DNA of 64,000 nt, taken from positions 288,001 to 352,000 of the forward strand of contig CAVQKE010000003.1 in NCBI GenBank assembly GCA_963713045.1, written 5' to 3'. This DNA is from an uncultured delta proteobacterium (lineage in GTDB: Bacteria > Myxococcota > Myxococcia > Myxococcales > Myxococcaceae). Of this stretch, positions 9,368 through 19,113 are shown piece after piece. A program made the translations under genes and the position numbers. Within the stretch, counting starts at the first letter, position 1, and every line of letters begins with the position of its first letter. The notes under the pieces were generated by a model, which was not told where the DNA came from, made no database searches, and saw only the letters and a list, made by a program, of their open reading frames with translations.

Positions 9368-9577
9368 GGAATGGATTCTAGCTCCGGCTGACGACGCGAC
9401 GAGGCCACTCTTTCGCTAGCGCGGTGGAACTGACACGACGGCGGCTACGAACTTGAAGTGGCCGGCCTGCGGGGGCGTGTCGAAGTACGAAGCGCCGCGA
9501 GCGGAACCGCTCTGTAGGTCCAACGGCGACAGCGTGGGCCAATCCCTGCGGACGATTTCCGACTAGCCTCTCTCGAA

Positions 9578-11056
9578 ATGGGATTTCTGAAGTATGCGGG
9601 CCCTTGCAGCCTGTTGGCCCTGCTCCTCGCGCTTTCCGGCTGTCCCGTGGCCACAGTGGGCGGTGGAAACGCCGACGCAGGAGGCACTCTCCCCGACGGC
9701 GGTACCTCGGACGGAGGCGGAACCCCATCCGACGGAGGCGCGCCAGACGGCGGCGCCGATGCCGGCAATGGAACGAGCTTCGACTGGCCAACTTACCTTC
9801 ACGACAATTTGCGGACGTCGACCGCACCCTTGGAAACGAAGCTCTCCCCTTCAACCGCTCCGAACCTCAAGCTGCTGTGGACCTTCCCCACTGGCGGAAC
9901 AATCGAGGCATCGCCCATCATCGTCGGGAACATGCTGTATGTCGGCTCCTGGGACGGCTACGAGTATGCCGTCGACGCCATAGACGGCGGACAGATTTGG
10001 AAGTCACCTTTTCTCGGACAAACCAACGTCGGCAGCTGCAACGGGTATCCTGCGAATCAGGGCATCAGCTCTACCGCCACTCTGGTGGGTAACAGCCTCT
10101 ACGTCGGCGGCGGCGGTCCGCTCGCCGGGCAGACGGATACGTTCTGGTACGCGCTCAACGCCTCCACGGGAGCCATCCTTTGGAGCGTGGATACTGGCAA
10201 CGCAGCGACCGATGGCTATTACAATTGGTCAAGTCCGCTCGTCTACAACGGGTACGCGTACATCAATATCGCCAGCGCGGGAAACTGCCCATCCGTGGCG
10301 GGGGCAGTCCTTCAGGTACGTCTCGCAGATCACACCGTGACCAATACCTGGAACGCCGTGGGGAGTGGGGAGCTGGGCGGAGCGCTCTGGAGCTCACCCG
10401 TGCTCGACGCGGCCACAAATACCCTCTACGTCACGACGGGCTCACCGGTCAGCGGCACGCAGGCGACGCAACCCTATACGAATGCCATCGTTGCGCTGGA
10501 TGCGACGACGCTGAGCCTCAAGGGCTACTGGCAGATCCCGCCAAACGAGGCGAGCAGCGACTCAGACTTCGGCGCGGGAGCCACCCTCTTCGATGACTCC
10601 TCAGGGCGCGCGCTGGTCGGCGCGGCCAACAAGGACGGCTACTTTTATGCGCTCGATCGAAGCACCCTGACCGAAGCGTGGGAGTCGCAGCTCGACACAG
10701 GCGGGGACAATCCATTGGGCTCGGGGAGCATTTCGCCTGCAGCCATCGCCAACGGCGTGCTCTACGTTGGTTCAGGGGACGGCTCCCTGCACGCCATTCA
10801 GACGGACGGACGGGGCCTCTGGTCCGTGACGACGGCAGGGTATGTCCTCGGTGCGGCGGCGTATGCCAACGGCGTCGTGGTGGACGGTGCAGGCGATACC
10901 CTCGAGGTGCGCGACGCCGCGGACGGAGGGGTCTTGTACACCTATGAGACTGATCCGAGCGCTGGGTACAATCTCCTGGAGACATCTCCGGTGATATGGA
11001 ATGGCCACATCTACGTGGGCTCGGCGGACGGAAACCTGTACGCCTTTGGCTTCTGA
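9578..11056 (+). CDS. Lipoprotein with PQQ-like (BamB-type) beta-propeller repeats
   Basis: LSGC lipobox, DAG/DGG linker, WPTY...R, repeated SP...LYVGS.DG.YA.DA..G..W blades. Confidence 0.85.
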   Translation: MGFLKYAGPCSLLALLLALSGCPVATVGGGNADAGGTLPDGGTSDGGGTPSDGGAPDGGADAGNGTSFDWPTYLHDNLRTSTAPLETKLSPSTAPNLKLLWTFPTGGTIEASPIIVGNMLYVGSWDGYEYAVDAIDGGQIWKSPFLGQTNVGSCNGYPANQGISSTATLVGNSLYVGGGGPLAGQTDTFWYALNASTGAILWSVDTGNAATDGYYNWSSPLVYNGYAYINIASAGNCPSVAGAVLQVRLADHTVTNTWNAVGSGELGGALWSSPVLDAATNTLYVTTGSPVSGTQATQPYTNAIVALDATTLSLKGYWQIPPNEASSDSDFGAGATLFDDSSGRALVGAANKDGYFYALDRSTLTEAWESQLDTGGDNPLGSGSISPAAIANGVLYVGSGDGSLHAIQTDGRGLWSVTTAGYVLGAAAYANGVVVDGAGDTLEVRDAADGGVLYTYETDPSAGYNLLETSPVIWNGHIYVGSADGNLYAFGF

Positions 11057-11060
11057 CGGG

Positions 11061-11080
11061 CCACGGGAGCGGCCCCGTGG
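11061..11080 (+). terminator. GC-rich hairpin just after the propeller gene
   Basis: CCACGGG-agcggc-CCCGTGG, starting 5 nt after the stop codon. No U-tract. Confidence 0.4.
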
Positions 11081-11097
11081 GCAAACGAATTCACTAA

Positions 11098-11118
11098 CCC
11101 CTAGCGCTCCCCTAGCGC
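11098..11118. repeat. Tandem double copy of the IS target CCCCTAGCGC (left flank)
   Basis: CCCCTAGCGC at 11098-11107, one T, then CCCCTAGCGC at 11109-11118. Confidence 0.9.
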
Positions 11119-12568
11119 CAATGCCGATCAGTTAAGCCCAAGCGATCGCAGGCATTGAGGAATTTGGCGCGGGGCCCGGGGCCCTATGCGGGACGTTCAG
11201 AATTGATCAGAGTGCGCGTCTCAGGAGGGACGCGTGCGAATCGACCAGGCTCTGAATGCAGTCGGGGCGTTTGCGGTCGCGGATAAGCTGGACCAGCTCA
11301 AGCAGCACCTAAGCGCGGACTGGGTGGAGCAGGCGCTGGCTTGGGCCGGCACAACCACTATCCGGCGAAGGCGTCTGCCCGCGGAGCAGGTTGTTTGGCT
11401 CGTCATCGGGATGGGCCTGTTCCGGAACGAGCCCATCGAGCGCATCGTCGACATGCTCGACCTGGCGTTGCCGGACGAGCGCGACTCGTTGGTGGCCAAA
11501 AGCGCCATTAGCCAGGCGCGTCAGCGACTCAAGGACACACCGCTCGAGTACCTCTTCGCGACAACGGCAGCGGAATGGTCGGCGCGGAGCGCCAACGCGC
11601 ATCGGTGGCGAGGCCTTACTGTCTATGGCCTCGACGGCACGACGATGCGTGTTCCCGACTCACCCGAGAACCGAGAGGAATTCGGAGGCCAGGGGGCAGG
11701 CGGAGGACGAGGAGACAGCGGCTACCCGCTGGTCCGCGTGGTGGCGATGATGGCCCTGCGCTCGCACGTCCTTTCGGCCTTTCGGTTTGCCGACTACAAA
11801 ACGGGCGAGGTGACGCTGGCGCGTCAGGTCTGGGAGCAGCTGCCAGCTGATTCCCTGGTCATCATCGACCGTAACTTCTTGGTGAAGCAGGACCTCTTCG
11901 CGCTCGAATGCACCGGCAACCGTCACTGGCTCTCGCGCACGAAGAAGAACACGCGCTGGGCCATCGTCGAGAGACTCGGCAAGGACGACTACCTGGTCGA
12001 GCTGGAGCTACACGGGAAGGGGCTGCCAAGCACGTACCCGGTCCGAGCAATTCACTACAAGCGCAAGGGCTACCCTCGCTCGACGCTGCTCACGTCCCTC
12101 ACCGACCCCGAGAAGTTTCCGGCCCAGGAACTGGTCGCGCTCTACCACGAGCGGTGGGAAGCGGAGATTGCGTACGACGAGGTGAAGACTCACCTGCTTG
12201 ACCGCCAGGAAGCCATCCGGAGTCGGACACCCGAAGGCGTACGGCAGGAGCTCTGGGGAATTGCGCTTGCGTACAACCTCGTGCGCGTCGAGATGGAACG
12301 AACGGCCGCGGAAGCCGGTGTCCCGCCAACACGCATCAGCTTCACCGCGTCGCTCGCACTCATCCGAGACGAACTCGGCCGAATGGGAGGGGCTCGCTTT
12401 TTGCCGGGCACCATTCCCAAACGCCTAATGAGCATGCGACGACACCTCAAACGGCTGATTCTCCCCGAACGCCGAACCGAGCGCGTCTTTCCCCGGGCCG
12501 TGAAGCTCAAGATGAGCTCCTATCCCCGCAAGCGCCCCCAGGGGAGCCTCCCTAAGTGAACGGCATTG
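11119..12568 (+). mobile_element. Complete IS4-family insertion sequence (1450 bp)
   Basis: IRL CAATGCCGATCAGTTAAG (11119-11136) matches the reverse complement of IRR, CAATGCCGTTCACTTAGG (12551-12568), at 15/18. A perfect 10-bp target duplication flanks the element. Confidence 0.95.
11234..12559 (+). CDS. IS4-family DDE transposase
   Basis: N-terminal RRRRLP...AISQARQRL, LDGT, DRNF, YHERWEAEIAYDEVK (YREK-type motif). The stop codon lies inside the IRR. Confidence 0.95.
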   Translation: MRIDQALNAVGAFAVADKLDQLKQHLSADWVEQALAWAGTTTIRRRRLPAEQVVWLVIGMGLFRNEPIERIVDMLDLALPDERDSLVAKSAISQARQRLKDTPLEYLFATTAAEWSARSANAHRWRGLTVYGLDGTTMRVPDSPENREEFGGQGAGGGRGDSGYPLVRVVAMMALRSHVLSAFRFADYKTGEVTLARQVWEQLPADSLVIIDRNFLVKQDLFALECTGNRHWLSRTKKNTRWAIVERLGKDDYLVELELHGKGLPSTYPVRAIHYKRKGYPRSTLLTSLTDPEKFPAQELVALYHERWEAEIAYDEVKTHLLDRQEAIRSRTPEGVRQELWGIALAYNLVRVEMERTAAEAGVPPTRISFTASLALIRDELGRMGGARFLPGTIPKRLMSMRRHLKRLILPERRTERVFPRAVKLKMSSYPRKRPQGSLPK

Positions 12569-12578
12569 CCCCTAGCGC
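12569..12578. repeat. Right target-site duplication CCCCTAGCGC
   Basis: Identical to 11109-11118. Confidence 0.95.
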
Positions 12579-12592
12579 CGCAGTTCGCCCCG

Positions 12593-13483
12593 CTAATTCT
12601 CGGGGCACGGGGTGACGACGTCGACGGTGACGCGACGGTTCCTGCGGCGCAGCTCCTCGAGCACTTGGGGCATGGCCTTGGCGTCTTTGGAATTTGGAGC
12701 GGGCTCGGGCGCCACGTTGGAGGTGGCACCCACGCCGGACACCGAGTGGATTTTCTTCGCCGGGACGCCCTTGCTCTCGAGCCACTTCTTGACGGCTATC
12801 GCGCGGTCGACGCTGAGCTTCTTGTTGACTGCGGCGGTGCCCTCATTGGACGTGTGGCCGATGATGTTCACCGTCAACTCCGGGCAGCTATTGACGTAGG
12901 CCAGGAGCTTGTCCAGGGTGGCCTGAGTATTCGGGCGGTCGAACAGGAACTCGGCCTTGCCGGCCTTAAAGTCGATGTCAGTGAAGTCCTGCTCGGACCC
13001 TGCAGTGTAGATGCCGGTAGCGAACGCGGCCTGGTGGGATTTGAGTGCGCTGAGCATCCCCGCCGTTGCGGTCGAGGAAGCGCTCACCTTCGCCACGGCC
13101 CCATCGAAGGCAGCCTTGGCCTTGTCGATGGCGGCCTGGATTGTGGCCACCTTGCCACTGCCCATCGCCCCGTGAACAGACGCGGAGCCGGACTTGATGG
13201 TGCCGTCGACTTCGTCGAGCTGGCCGGCCTCCACAGCCAGAGCGCTGTTGAGCTTCGCCCCAAGGGCCTGGCCCTTAGTGTCGCCCGGGGCGATGGCCGG
13301 GAGCGCCTTCACCATACCGACGGTGTCGTTGTACTGCTTGCGGAGACCGTCTGCCGTCTTCCCCATCGCGGCATACAGCTGCTCCCAACTGGCAGTGACT
13401 GGCCCCACGTCCTCGGCACAGCCCACCAGTGCGACAACGGCAAGCAACGCCGCACCGGCTCGTCCTAACAAAGCCCGTTTCAT
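12593..13483 (-). CDS. OmpA-family lipoprotein with long helical N-terminal region
   Basis: MKR...LVGC lipobox; IIGHTS...NKKLSVDRA..VK...NRRV peptidoglycan-binding domain. Confidence 0.8.
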   Translation of the reverse strand: MKRALLGRAGAALLAVVALVGCAEDVGPVTASWEQLYAAMGKTADGLRKQYNDTVGMVKALPAIAPGDTKGQALGAKLNSALAVEAGQLDEVDGTIKSGSASVHGAMGSGKVATIQAAIDKAKAAFDGAVAKVSASSTATAGMLSALKSHQAAFATGIYTAGSEQDFTDIDFKAGKAEFLFDRPNTQATLDKLLAYVNSCPELTVNIIGHTSNEGTAAVNKKLSVDRAIAVKKWLESKGVPAKKIHSVSGVGATSNVAPEPAPNSKDAKAMPQVLEELRRRNRRVTVDVVTPCPEN

Positions 13484-13756
13484 GGTTCCCCCTACTGCCT
13501 CCCTGAAGAGAGGCTTCATCCCCTGGGGCGGGTTTTGCGCCGGACCGACGACAGAATCAAGCGGCGTGGACGGCGTCGTGGCGGAACCCTGCGCGGGCTA
13601 GCCCCGAGGCCAAAGCAATGGAAGCCAAGGCGCTGGAGGACGCCCGTAGGAAGACCCCGCGGATGATGTGCACCCCGTCACTCCCCTGCCCAGAGCGGAA
13701 CCGCGCCATCGCACCGAGCGTCCCGGCGGCCGCCGCAAGGGACGCGACGTCCGTCC

Positions 13757-14947
13757 TCAGGAACTGGAGTGCATCGGGTGGCCGTTCCCAGGCTGAAGGA
13801 TGCGCCGCGTCAGCGATTCACCATGGCGCCGCCGATGCAAGGTCCGAGCCTGCCGCACCCAATGGTCGCGCTGGATGCGCCCGTGGAACTCGTTGAGAGA
13901 GGCGTCGACCCGTCGGATGTCCTGACGGGTCCAGAGCGCTACCTGGCGGAAGGTATGGACGCCGTGGCGGTGAAGAAGACGCTCCAGCACAGGTCCTACG
14001 CCGACAATCTCCTTCAGGTCGTCGCGCCGTTCCCGCCGGACCTTCTCCACTTTGGGCTGCCGGGTCAGCTCGAGCACCTGCAGCTGGGCCCGCCGGTGCG
14101 CTTCCTGTTCGGTGTGGAGCCGCGCCTCGACCTCCTGCAGGCGAGATTCAATGTCGTCGCGGTCGGATTCTCCGTCGCGAAGGGCCTCCTCGAGGCTCCT
14201 TACCCGGGCCTCCGCGCCATCGCGCGCGGTCTCCAGTGCGCGGTGACTGAGCTCCAGCTGTGCCACCCGATCTAGGGTCTGGCCGAGCCGCTGCTCCAGC
14301 ATCGCCCGCTCGCGGGCATCCGTGTCCAGCGATGCCTCCATCCGTTCGCGGGAGCTGGTGAGCTGAGCCTCGAGCCCCTGGAGCCGCTCCGACGCCTCGC
14401 TGAGACTGGCCTGGAGGCGCTCCCAATCGGCGCGCAAACGCTCGAGCTCATCGGCGGTGCGTCCCTCCAGCGCGCGGATGGCGTCCTCGGCATGGGCCGC
14501 CCGCACCGTCGCGTCTCGTAGTCTCGACTCAGCCTGTTCGCGGGCTCCGGCAGATTCCCTGGCCGCCGATTCCGCCACGGACACCCGGGACAGCGCCACG
14601 CGCAGCGCTCCCTCGGTGGCCTCGGCGCGCTCCGTCGCCGCGCGCATCCCGGTCTCGGCAGCCAGCGTCCGGTCCTCGGCACTCCGCTGCCGCAGCTCGA
14701 CGGCCTTCACCCGGGCGAGCGCGCCATCGAGTTCGCCGGCGATACGGTCGCGCGCCGCCTCGGCCACTGCGGCGGCGCGCGCGGCCAGGGCCAGCTCCCG
14801 CTCTACGGTCGCCACCCGCGCTGTTGCGTCCTCCAGGCGGGCGGTGCGGTCCCGACCCATCAGCGAAGCCACCGCCCAGCCGGCCACCACCCCGATGAGA
14901 CCGGCGAGCAGCAGGCACAGAAACATCTGCGACGCGATCTGCCACAT
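13757..14947 (-). CDS. Membrane-anchored coiled-coil protein with C-terminal helix-hairpin-helix (COG3743-like) domain
   Basis: N-terminal TM helix, about 270 aa of E/R/A/L heptads, then DDLKEIVGVGPVLERLL...FRQVALWT...GRIQRDHWVRQAR. Confidence 0.75.
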   Translation of the reverse strand: MWQIASQMFLCLLLAGLIGVVAGWAVASLMGRDRTARLEDATARVATVERELALAARAAAVAEAARDRIAGELDGALARVKAVELRQRSAEDRTLAAETGMRAATERAEATEGALRVALSRVSVAESAARESAGAREQAESRLRDATVRAAHAEDAIRALEGRTADELERLRADWERLQASLSEASERLQGLEAQLTSSRERMEASLDTDARERAMLEQRLGQTLDRVAQLELSHRALETARDGAEARVRSLEEALRDGESDRDDIESRLQEVEARLHTEQEAHRRAQLQVLELTRQPKVEKVRRERRDDLKEIVGVGPVLERLLHRHGVHTFRQVALWTRQDIRRVDASLNEFHGRIQRDHWVRQARTLHRRRHGESLTRRILQPGNGHPMHSSS

Positions 14948-14980
14948 ACCCTAGCTCCGTCGGTGAAGGGTGGCTGGTGC

Positions 14981-15511
14981 TCAGCGCACCCGGAAGTCGA
15001 TTCTCCGGTTCAGCTGCCGCCCCGCCTGGGTGGCGTTGTCGCCCACCGGCCGTTCCTCGCCCTCGGCCCGCGCAGTAAGGCGCTCTGCGCTCACGCCATG
15101 GTCGATCAAGTACCGCTTCACCAGCTCAGCCCGTGCCTCGCTCAACGACTGGTTGCTGGCGGCAGTGCCCACCGCGTCGGCGTGACCGACGATCTCCAAC
15201 CTCGTCTCCGGGCTTTCCTTTAAGAGGATGGCCAGGCGGTCCAGGAGTCGCTGCCCATCGGGATCGAGCACCGCCTTGCCGGTGGGGAACTCGATGGTGC
15301 CCTGGCTGAGCTCGGCGTCCACAGCGCGCTGCAGCGCGCGCGCTGGAGCACCCGGCTCCGTCGTTGGAGGAGCGACCACCGCCGGGGCCGGCGGCGGGAG
15401 GTGGCCGGCGTGCACGGTGGTCATCGTCGCCGCATGGCCGCCGATGCAGAAGAGGCAGAGCAGCAGGAAGGCCACTCCGCATCCAGCGAGAACCACCTTG
15501 GGGTGCCACAT
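14981..15511 (-). CDS. OmpA-family protein
   Basis: N-terminal hydrophobic helix, Pro-rich linker, IVGHAD...NQSLSEARA...PVGDN.T..GRQLNRRIDF. Confidence 0.85.
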   Translation of the reverse strand: MWHPKVVLAGCGVAFLLLCLFCIGGHAATMTTVHAGHLPPPAPAVVAPPTTEPGAPARALQRAVDAELSQGTIEFPTGKAVLDPDGQRLLDRLAILLKESPETRLEIVGHADAVGTAASNQSLSEARAELVKRYLIDHGVSAERLTARAEGEERPVGDNATQAGRQLNRRIDFRVR

Positions 15512-15688
15512 CAAGCGCCCTCCCCCGGGTGGACTTTCCCGCCGTCGGGACGCCTCGGTCAATCGTCACCCGAGCGTTGGCCCCGGGAACTTGGGAAGAG
15601 GCGAATCCGACAGCCCGATGTTCACCTGAGCAGTGTCACCAGGCCCAATCCCTGAGTCGAGCTCCGGCGGAATCCGCCGGGCTGTCCA

Positions 15689-16015
15689 TCACTCCTCAGA
15701 CTTCTTAGTGAAAAAAGAATGGTCAATCGTTGCCTCCCGGAGGTCGTCGACTTCAAGCACGAGTTCGGCCACCTTCTGCTTCAGCCGACGTAAGTGCTCA
15801 GCTTGTAGCGCCTCCTCGCCAAACGGGCGCGACCGAAGGGCATTCTCCGCGCCAAGGAGAAACTTCTCCTTCCACTCCTCCAACTCAGCCACAGTCAGCC
15901 CATGCTTCCGGGCGGCCTCCTGCATCGAGGTTTCCCCCTTCAGAATGCTGGCCACGAGTGCCACTCTCCGCCTTGCAGTCCAGTGTCGAACGTCCTCTGG
16001 AATTTCGTCTTCCAT
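15689..16015 (-). mobile_element. Isolated IS3-type OrfA (DUF1153-like HTH) without OrfB; IS remnant
   Basis: WTARRRVALVASILKGETSMQEAARKHGLTVAELEEW plus a coiled-coil tail; GAGAGG SD. No integrase-core ORF follows. Confidence 0.6.
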
Positions 16016-16563
16016 CGCTACACCGCCTCTCAAGTGGCCACCTTCACCGCGTCCGAGGGGTGGCTCCGATCCTGGGGGGTCCGGGATGCTGCTCGCTGAG
16101 CCCTTACGGGAAAGTCGGAGACGGTCTGGGACCAATACCGCCTCATCCGGCAGCGCTTCCTCTGCTACCTCCACTTTCTCCACAGCTCCGGCGGCGCCAA
16201 CGACCCCGTTGGGAATCGTTTGATGACTGGCTAGAGCCGGATTGTACCTTGCGATGAAGTTCGCCATCTCGTGGTGCGAATCGGGCTGGCCGGTTCGACC
16301 TCGAAAGGCGGAGCAGTTGCCATGCCACTCTCTCTTTCGGACGAAACAGGAACCCGTTGTGTCTCCGCGGACACACGGTTGTGCTGCGAGGATCACTAGT
16401 GGGATCTCGTGTGCACGTTGGAGTCGGCAGTCACGCCGAAGGCACCCGCTCTTCGCGTCGATGATGATCATCAGCGAAGAAACCTCGGGGAATGGCCGGC
16501 TTCGGTTCCCCCCGAAAAGTGCGGCGGTCCGGCCGAACGTCTAGAGGCGTACGGGAGACTCGA

Positions 16564-16683
16564 ATGACGCTACCAAGCGGCGAGACCAGCGAGGAGGAGC
16601 TTGCCAAGGAGGCGCTAAACCCCGTCGCGGATCTCCACTCCTTTCCAGACCAACGGACATCCGAACTTCATCGGCCGGTTTAA
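16564..16683 (+). pseudogene. Degenerate N-terminal fragment of an outer-membrane beta-barrel-type ('neuromedin U'-annotated) protein
   Basis: EELAKEALNPVADL followed, in another frame, by FQTN. This resembles the ELAK..QNPVADLISVPFQNN motif of that family. Confidence 0.35.
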
Positions 16684-16690
16684 GCCTTGA

Positions 16691-17065
16691 TCACCACTCG
16701 TTCGCCTTCCCTTCGAGGGGGCCGCGTTGAGGGTTCACGACGCAGAACCGCTGGCCGGTCGGTGCTTCCATCACCCACCAACGTTTGACGAACGCGACGC
16801 GCTTGGCCCCGAGTGCTTCTAGCCGGAGTACTTCGGCATTCAAGTCATCCGTTTCGATGTCCAGATGAATCCAACTGGGATGGTCGACCTTCTGTACCAA
16901 CAGAATCAGCTCATCCGGACGCGTCTCCAGTTCGCGATAACTGGAGGCATCTACCTTGGAAGCATCGACCTGCTTTCCGAGCGCCCGAGCCCAGAATTCA
17001 GCGGCAGCCCCCAGGTCCTCCGACTTGCAATCGATGACCAATGCGCACAGCCGACTGCGATGCAT
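16691..17065 (-). CDS. VOC/glyoxalase family protein
   Basis: MHRSRLCALVIDC...FW...IHLDIETDD...LGA...WWVMEAPTGQRFCVV; GGAGG SD. Confidence 0.9.
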   Translation of the reverse strand: MHRSRLCALVIDCKSEDLGAAAEFWARALGKQVDASKVDASSYRELETRPDELILLVQKVDHPSWIHLDIETDDLNAEVLRLEALGAKRVAFVKRWWVMEAPTGQRFCVVNPQRGPLEGKANEW

Positions 17066-17679
17066 AGCTGCCTCCAAATGCCGACTTTCATCCGAGGTTG
17101 AGCAGCCTCGTACCACGAGCTCTCCCACCCCGGGGCAAGGCGCGGCCTCGCGCACGAGCCTCCATTCGCCGCAGCAGCAGCACGAAGACACGTCACCAAA
17201 AAAACCGCTGTGAGGACCGCTCACTCACCGGGGAAACCTATTTCCATGAGGCTCGGTTCGAATCCCGCCACGGCATCTCGGCCTTGAATTTCAGGGAAAG
17301 CAGTTCAGCTGATTCTCCGACCGTAAGGGCCAACGACGAACTCTCGGCCCGGACAGCTGGGCATTCGCCGCGACAGCACTTGGGGCTTCGCCAACAAGCC
17401 ATTTGCGTCCCATTTTCGACAGTGGTGCGGTCTCAGTACCCAACGCGTCCTCAGCCAGCTGCTGCTGGCACGGTCGACGCAAGCCGTCTTCCCGGGCCGG
17501 AAACTCATTTGGGAGCAGCTAGGCGGCTAGGAAAAGCATGGGGTTCGGTCTTCGGTCCCGGGTCCCCCGGGACTCCACTAGCTGGGCCGCCAGAGAATGG
17601 AGGCTCACATCACCCCAATGGCGCCCACATTCTTGTCACGCCACTTATTTCTAGATTTCCGGTACTCTCCTGGCCGCGC

Positions 17680-19113
17680 ATGGAACTCCCCCCTTCGGAA
17701 CTGCACGAGCGCTCGCGGGCTTCCACCGCAGAAACTGAAGCCGGCGAAGGTGGAGCAGAGGAGCCGTCGGGCCGTTCACTGCTGGTGAGCGCGGAGCGCG
17801 GATGCTTTGCCTTCCCCGTCACTTCGGGCAAGCGCTATGTCATCGGCCGCGCGCCGGAATGCGATGTCGTCGTCGACGACGCGTCCGTTTCCCGACGGCA
17901 CGCTGCGATTACGGTGGGCGCGGATGCCGTAATCGAGGACCTCGGGAGCACGAATGGAACGACGGTCCAGGGCGGACGGGTGGTGCCTGGAACACAGACC
18001 CGGATCGACTTGGGCATGGCGGTGCAGGTGGGCTCTGCCATCGTTGTGTTGCATCGGAGCCCTCGGCTCCAGACCTCGACCTCTCCTAGCGCCATGCCCC
18101 CCGCTGAGTTGGTGCTTCGCGATCCCGCGATGCAGCGGCTTTACGCGATGCTGACTGTCATTGGGCCCACGACGCTGAGCGTGCTGCTCCTCGGCGAGAC
18201 CGGGGTAGGCAAGGAAGTTCTTGCCGACGCGCTGGTGCGACATTCTACGCGCAGCAGCGCTCCTCTCATCAAACTGAACTGCGCCGCCCTCCCAGAATCC
18301 CTCCTCGAAGCGGAACTCTTCGGTGTCGAGAAAGGTGCCTTCACCGGCGCCACCCATTCCAAGAAAGGGCTGTTCGAGGCTGCTCACGGCGGCACACTGT
18401 TTCTGGACGAAGTGGGGGACATGTCTCCTAGCACCCAGACCAAGGTGTTGCGTGCGCTGGAGAGTGGTGAAGTCCTGCGACTGGGGAGTGCCACTGCGCG
18501 AAAGGTGGACGTGCGGTTCATCTCCGCCTCGAACCGCAACCTCCGTGAGCTGGTGGCGGCGGGGACGTTTCGCGCTGATCTCTTCTTCCGACTCAACGGC
18601 ATCACGCTTACTCTGCCGCCGCTTCGTTCGCGGCCGGCGGACATTCTTCCTCTGGCGAGGCATTTCCTAGAGCACGTGTCCCTCGGACTGGGGAGGAACC
18701 CTCCACGGCTGAGCGATGAAGTCGAAGAGATCCTTCAACACCATCCTTGGCCTGGAAATGTCCGCGAGCTGCGGAACGTCGTGCTGCGAGCGGCCGTGCT
18801 GTGCCGCGGGGCGAGCGTCTTACCGGAGCACCTGCTGATGCAGGAGGATATGAGGGGAGCCGCCGCCGCAGCGAGTGGAGAGGTTCGTCCCGGCGAAGCC
18901 ACTCGCCGGCTTCCTCTGAAAGCGGCTCAAGCAGAGCTTCGGGGAAGTATGGACCAGTTCGAGCGCGAACACGTGCTGGCAGCGCTGGCACAAACGAACG
19001 GCAATCAAACGCGAGCTGCCGAACTGCTGCGCATCGCCCGCCGGACGCTAATCAAGAAGATGATTCGCCACGGCATTGAACGTCCACGTGCACGATCTCC
19101 GGTCGGACGTTGA
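17680..19113 (+). CDS. FHA-domain sigma54-dependent enhancer-binding protein
   Basis: FHA motifs (IGR, SRRH, DLGSTNG), GETGVGKE, GAFTGA, FLDEVG, WPGNVREL and a Fis HTH. Start re-called at 17680. Confidence 0.92.
   Translation: MELPPSELHERSRASTAETEAGEGGAEEPSGRSLLVSAERGCFAFPVTSGKRYVIGRAPECDVVVDDASVSRRHAAITVGADAVIEDLGSTNGTTVQGGRVVPGTQTRIDLGMAVQVGSAIVVLHRSPRLQTSTSPSAMPPAELVLRDPAMQRLYAMLTVIGPTTLSVLLLGETGVGKEVLADALVRHSTRSSAPLIKLNCAALPESLLEAELFGVEKGAFTGATHSKKGLFEAAHGGTLFLDEVGDMSPSTQTKVLRALESGEVLRLGSATARKVDVRFISASNRNLRELVAAGTFRADLFFRLNGITLTLPPLRSRPADILPLARHFLEHVSLGLGRNPPRLSDEVEEILQHHPWPGNVRELRNVVLRAAVLCRGASVLPEHLLMQEDMRGAAAAASGEVRPGEATRRLPLKAAQAELRGSMDQFEREHVLAALAQTNGNQTRAAELLRIARRTLIKKMIRHGIERPRARSPVGR

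Noticed and set aside
9670..9770. Short tandem GACGGC/GACGC-type repeats (also 29101-29205) as a possible CRISPR or VNTR
   Set aside because: They are in-frame DGG/DAG linker codons of lipoproteins, with no constant repeat-spacer structure and no cas genes.
16099..16233. Protein-like plus-strand frame (…VWDQYRLIRQRFLCYLHFL…) beside the IS3 remnant
   Set aside because: No start codon, too short, and no recognisable family. It may be a gene tail but cannot be supported.
17245..17280. tRNA T-arm-like GGTTCGAATCCC
   Set aside because: The T-stem does not pair fully, and no acceptor, D or anticodon arms or CCA can be built. At best an unprovable att remnant.
17098..17679. 194-aa N-terminal extension of the FHA-EBP in the ORF track
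   Set aside because: Low-complexity, non-protein-like and spans the divergent promoter region; start moved to 17680.
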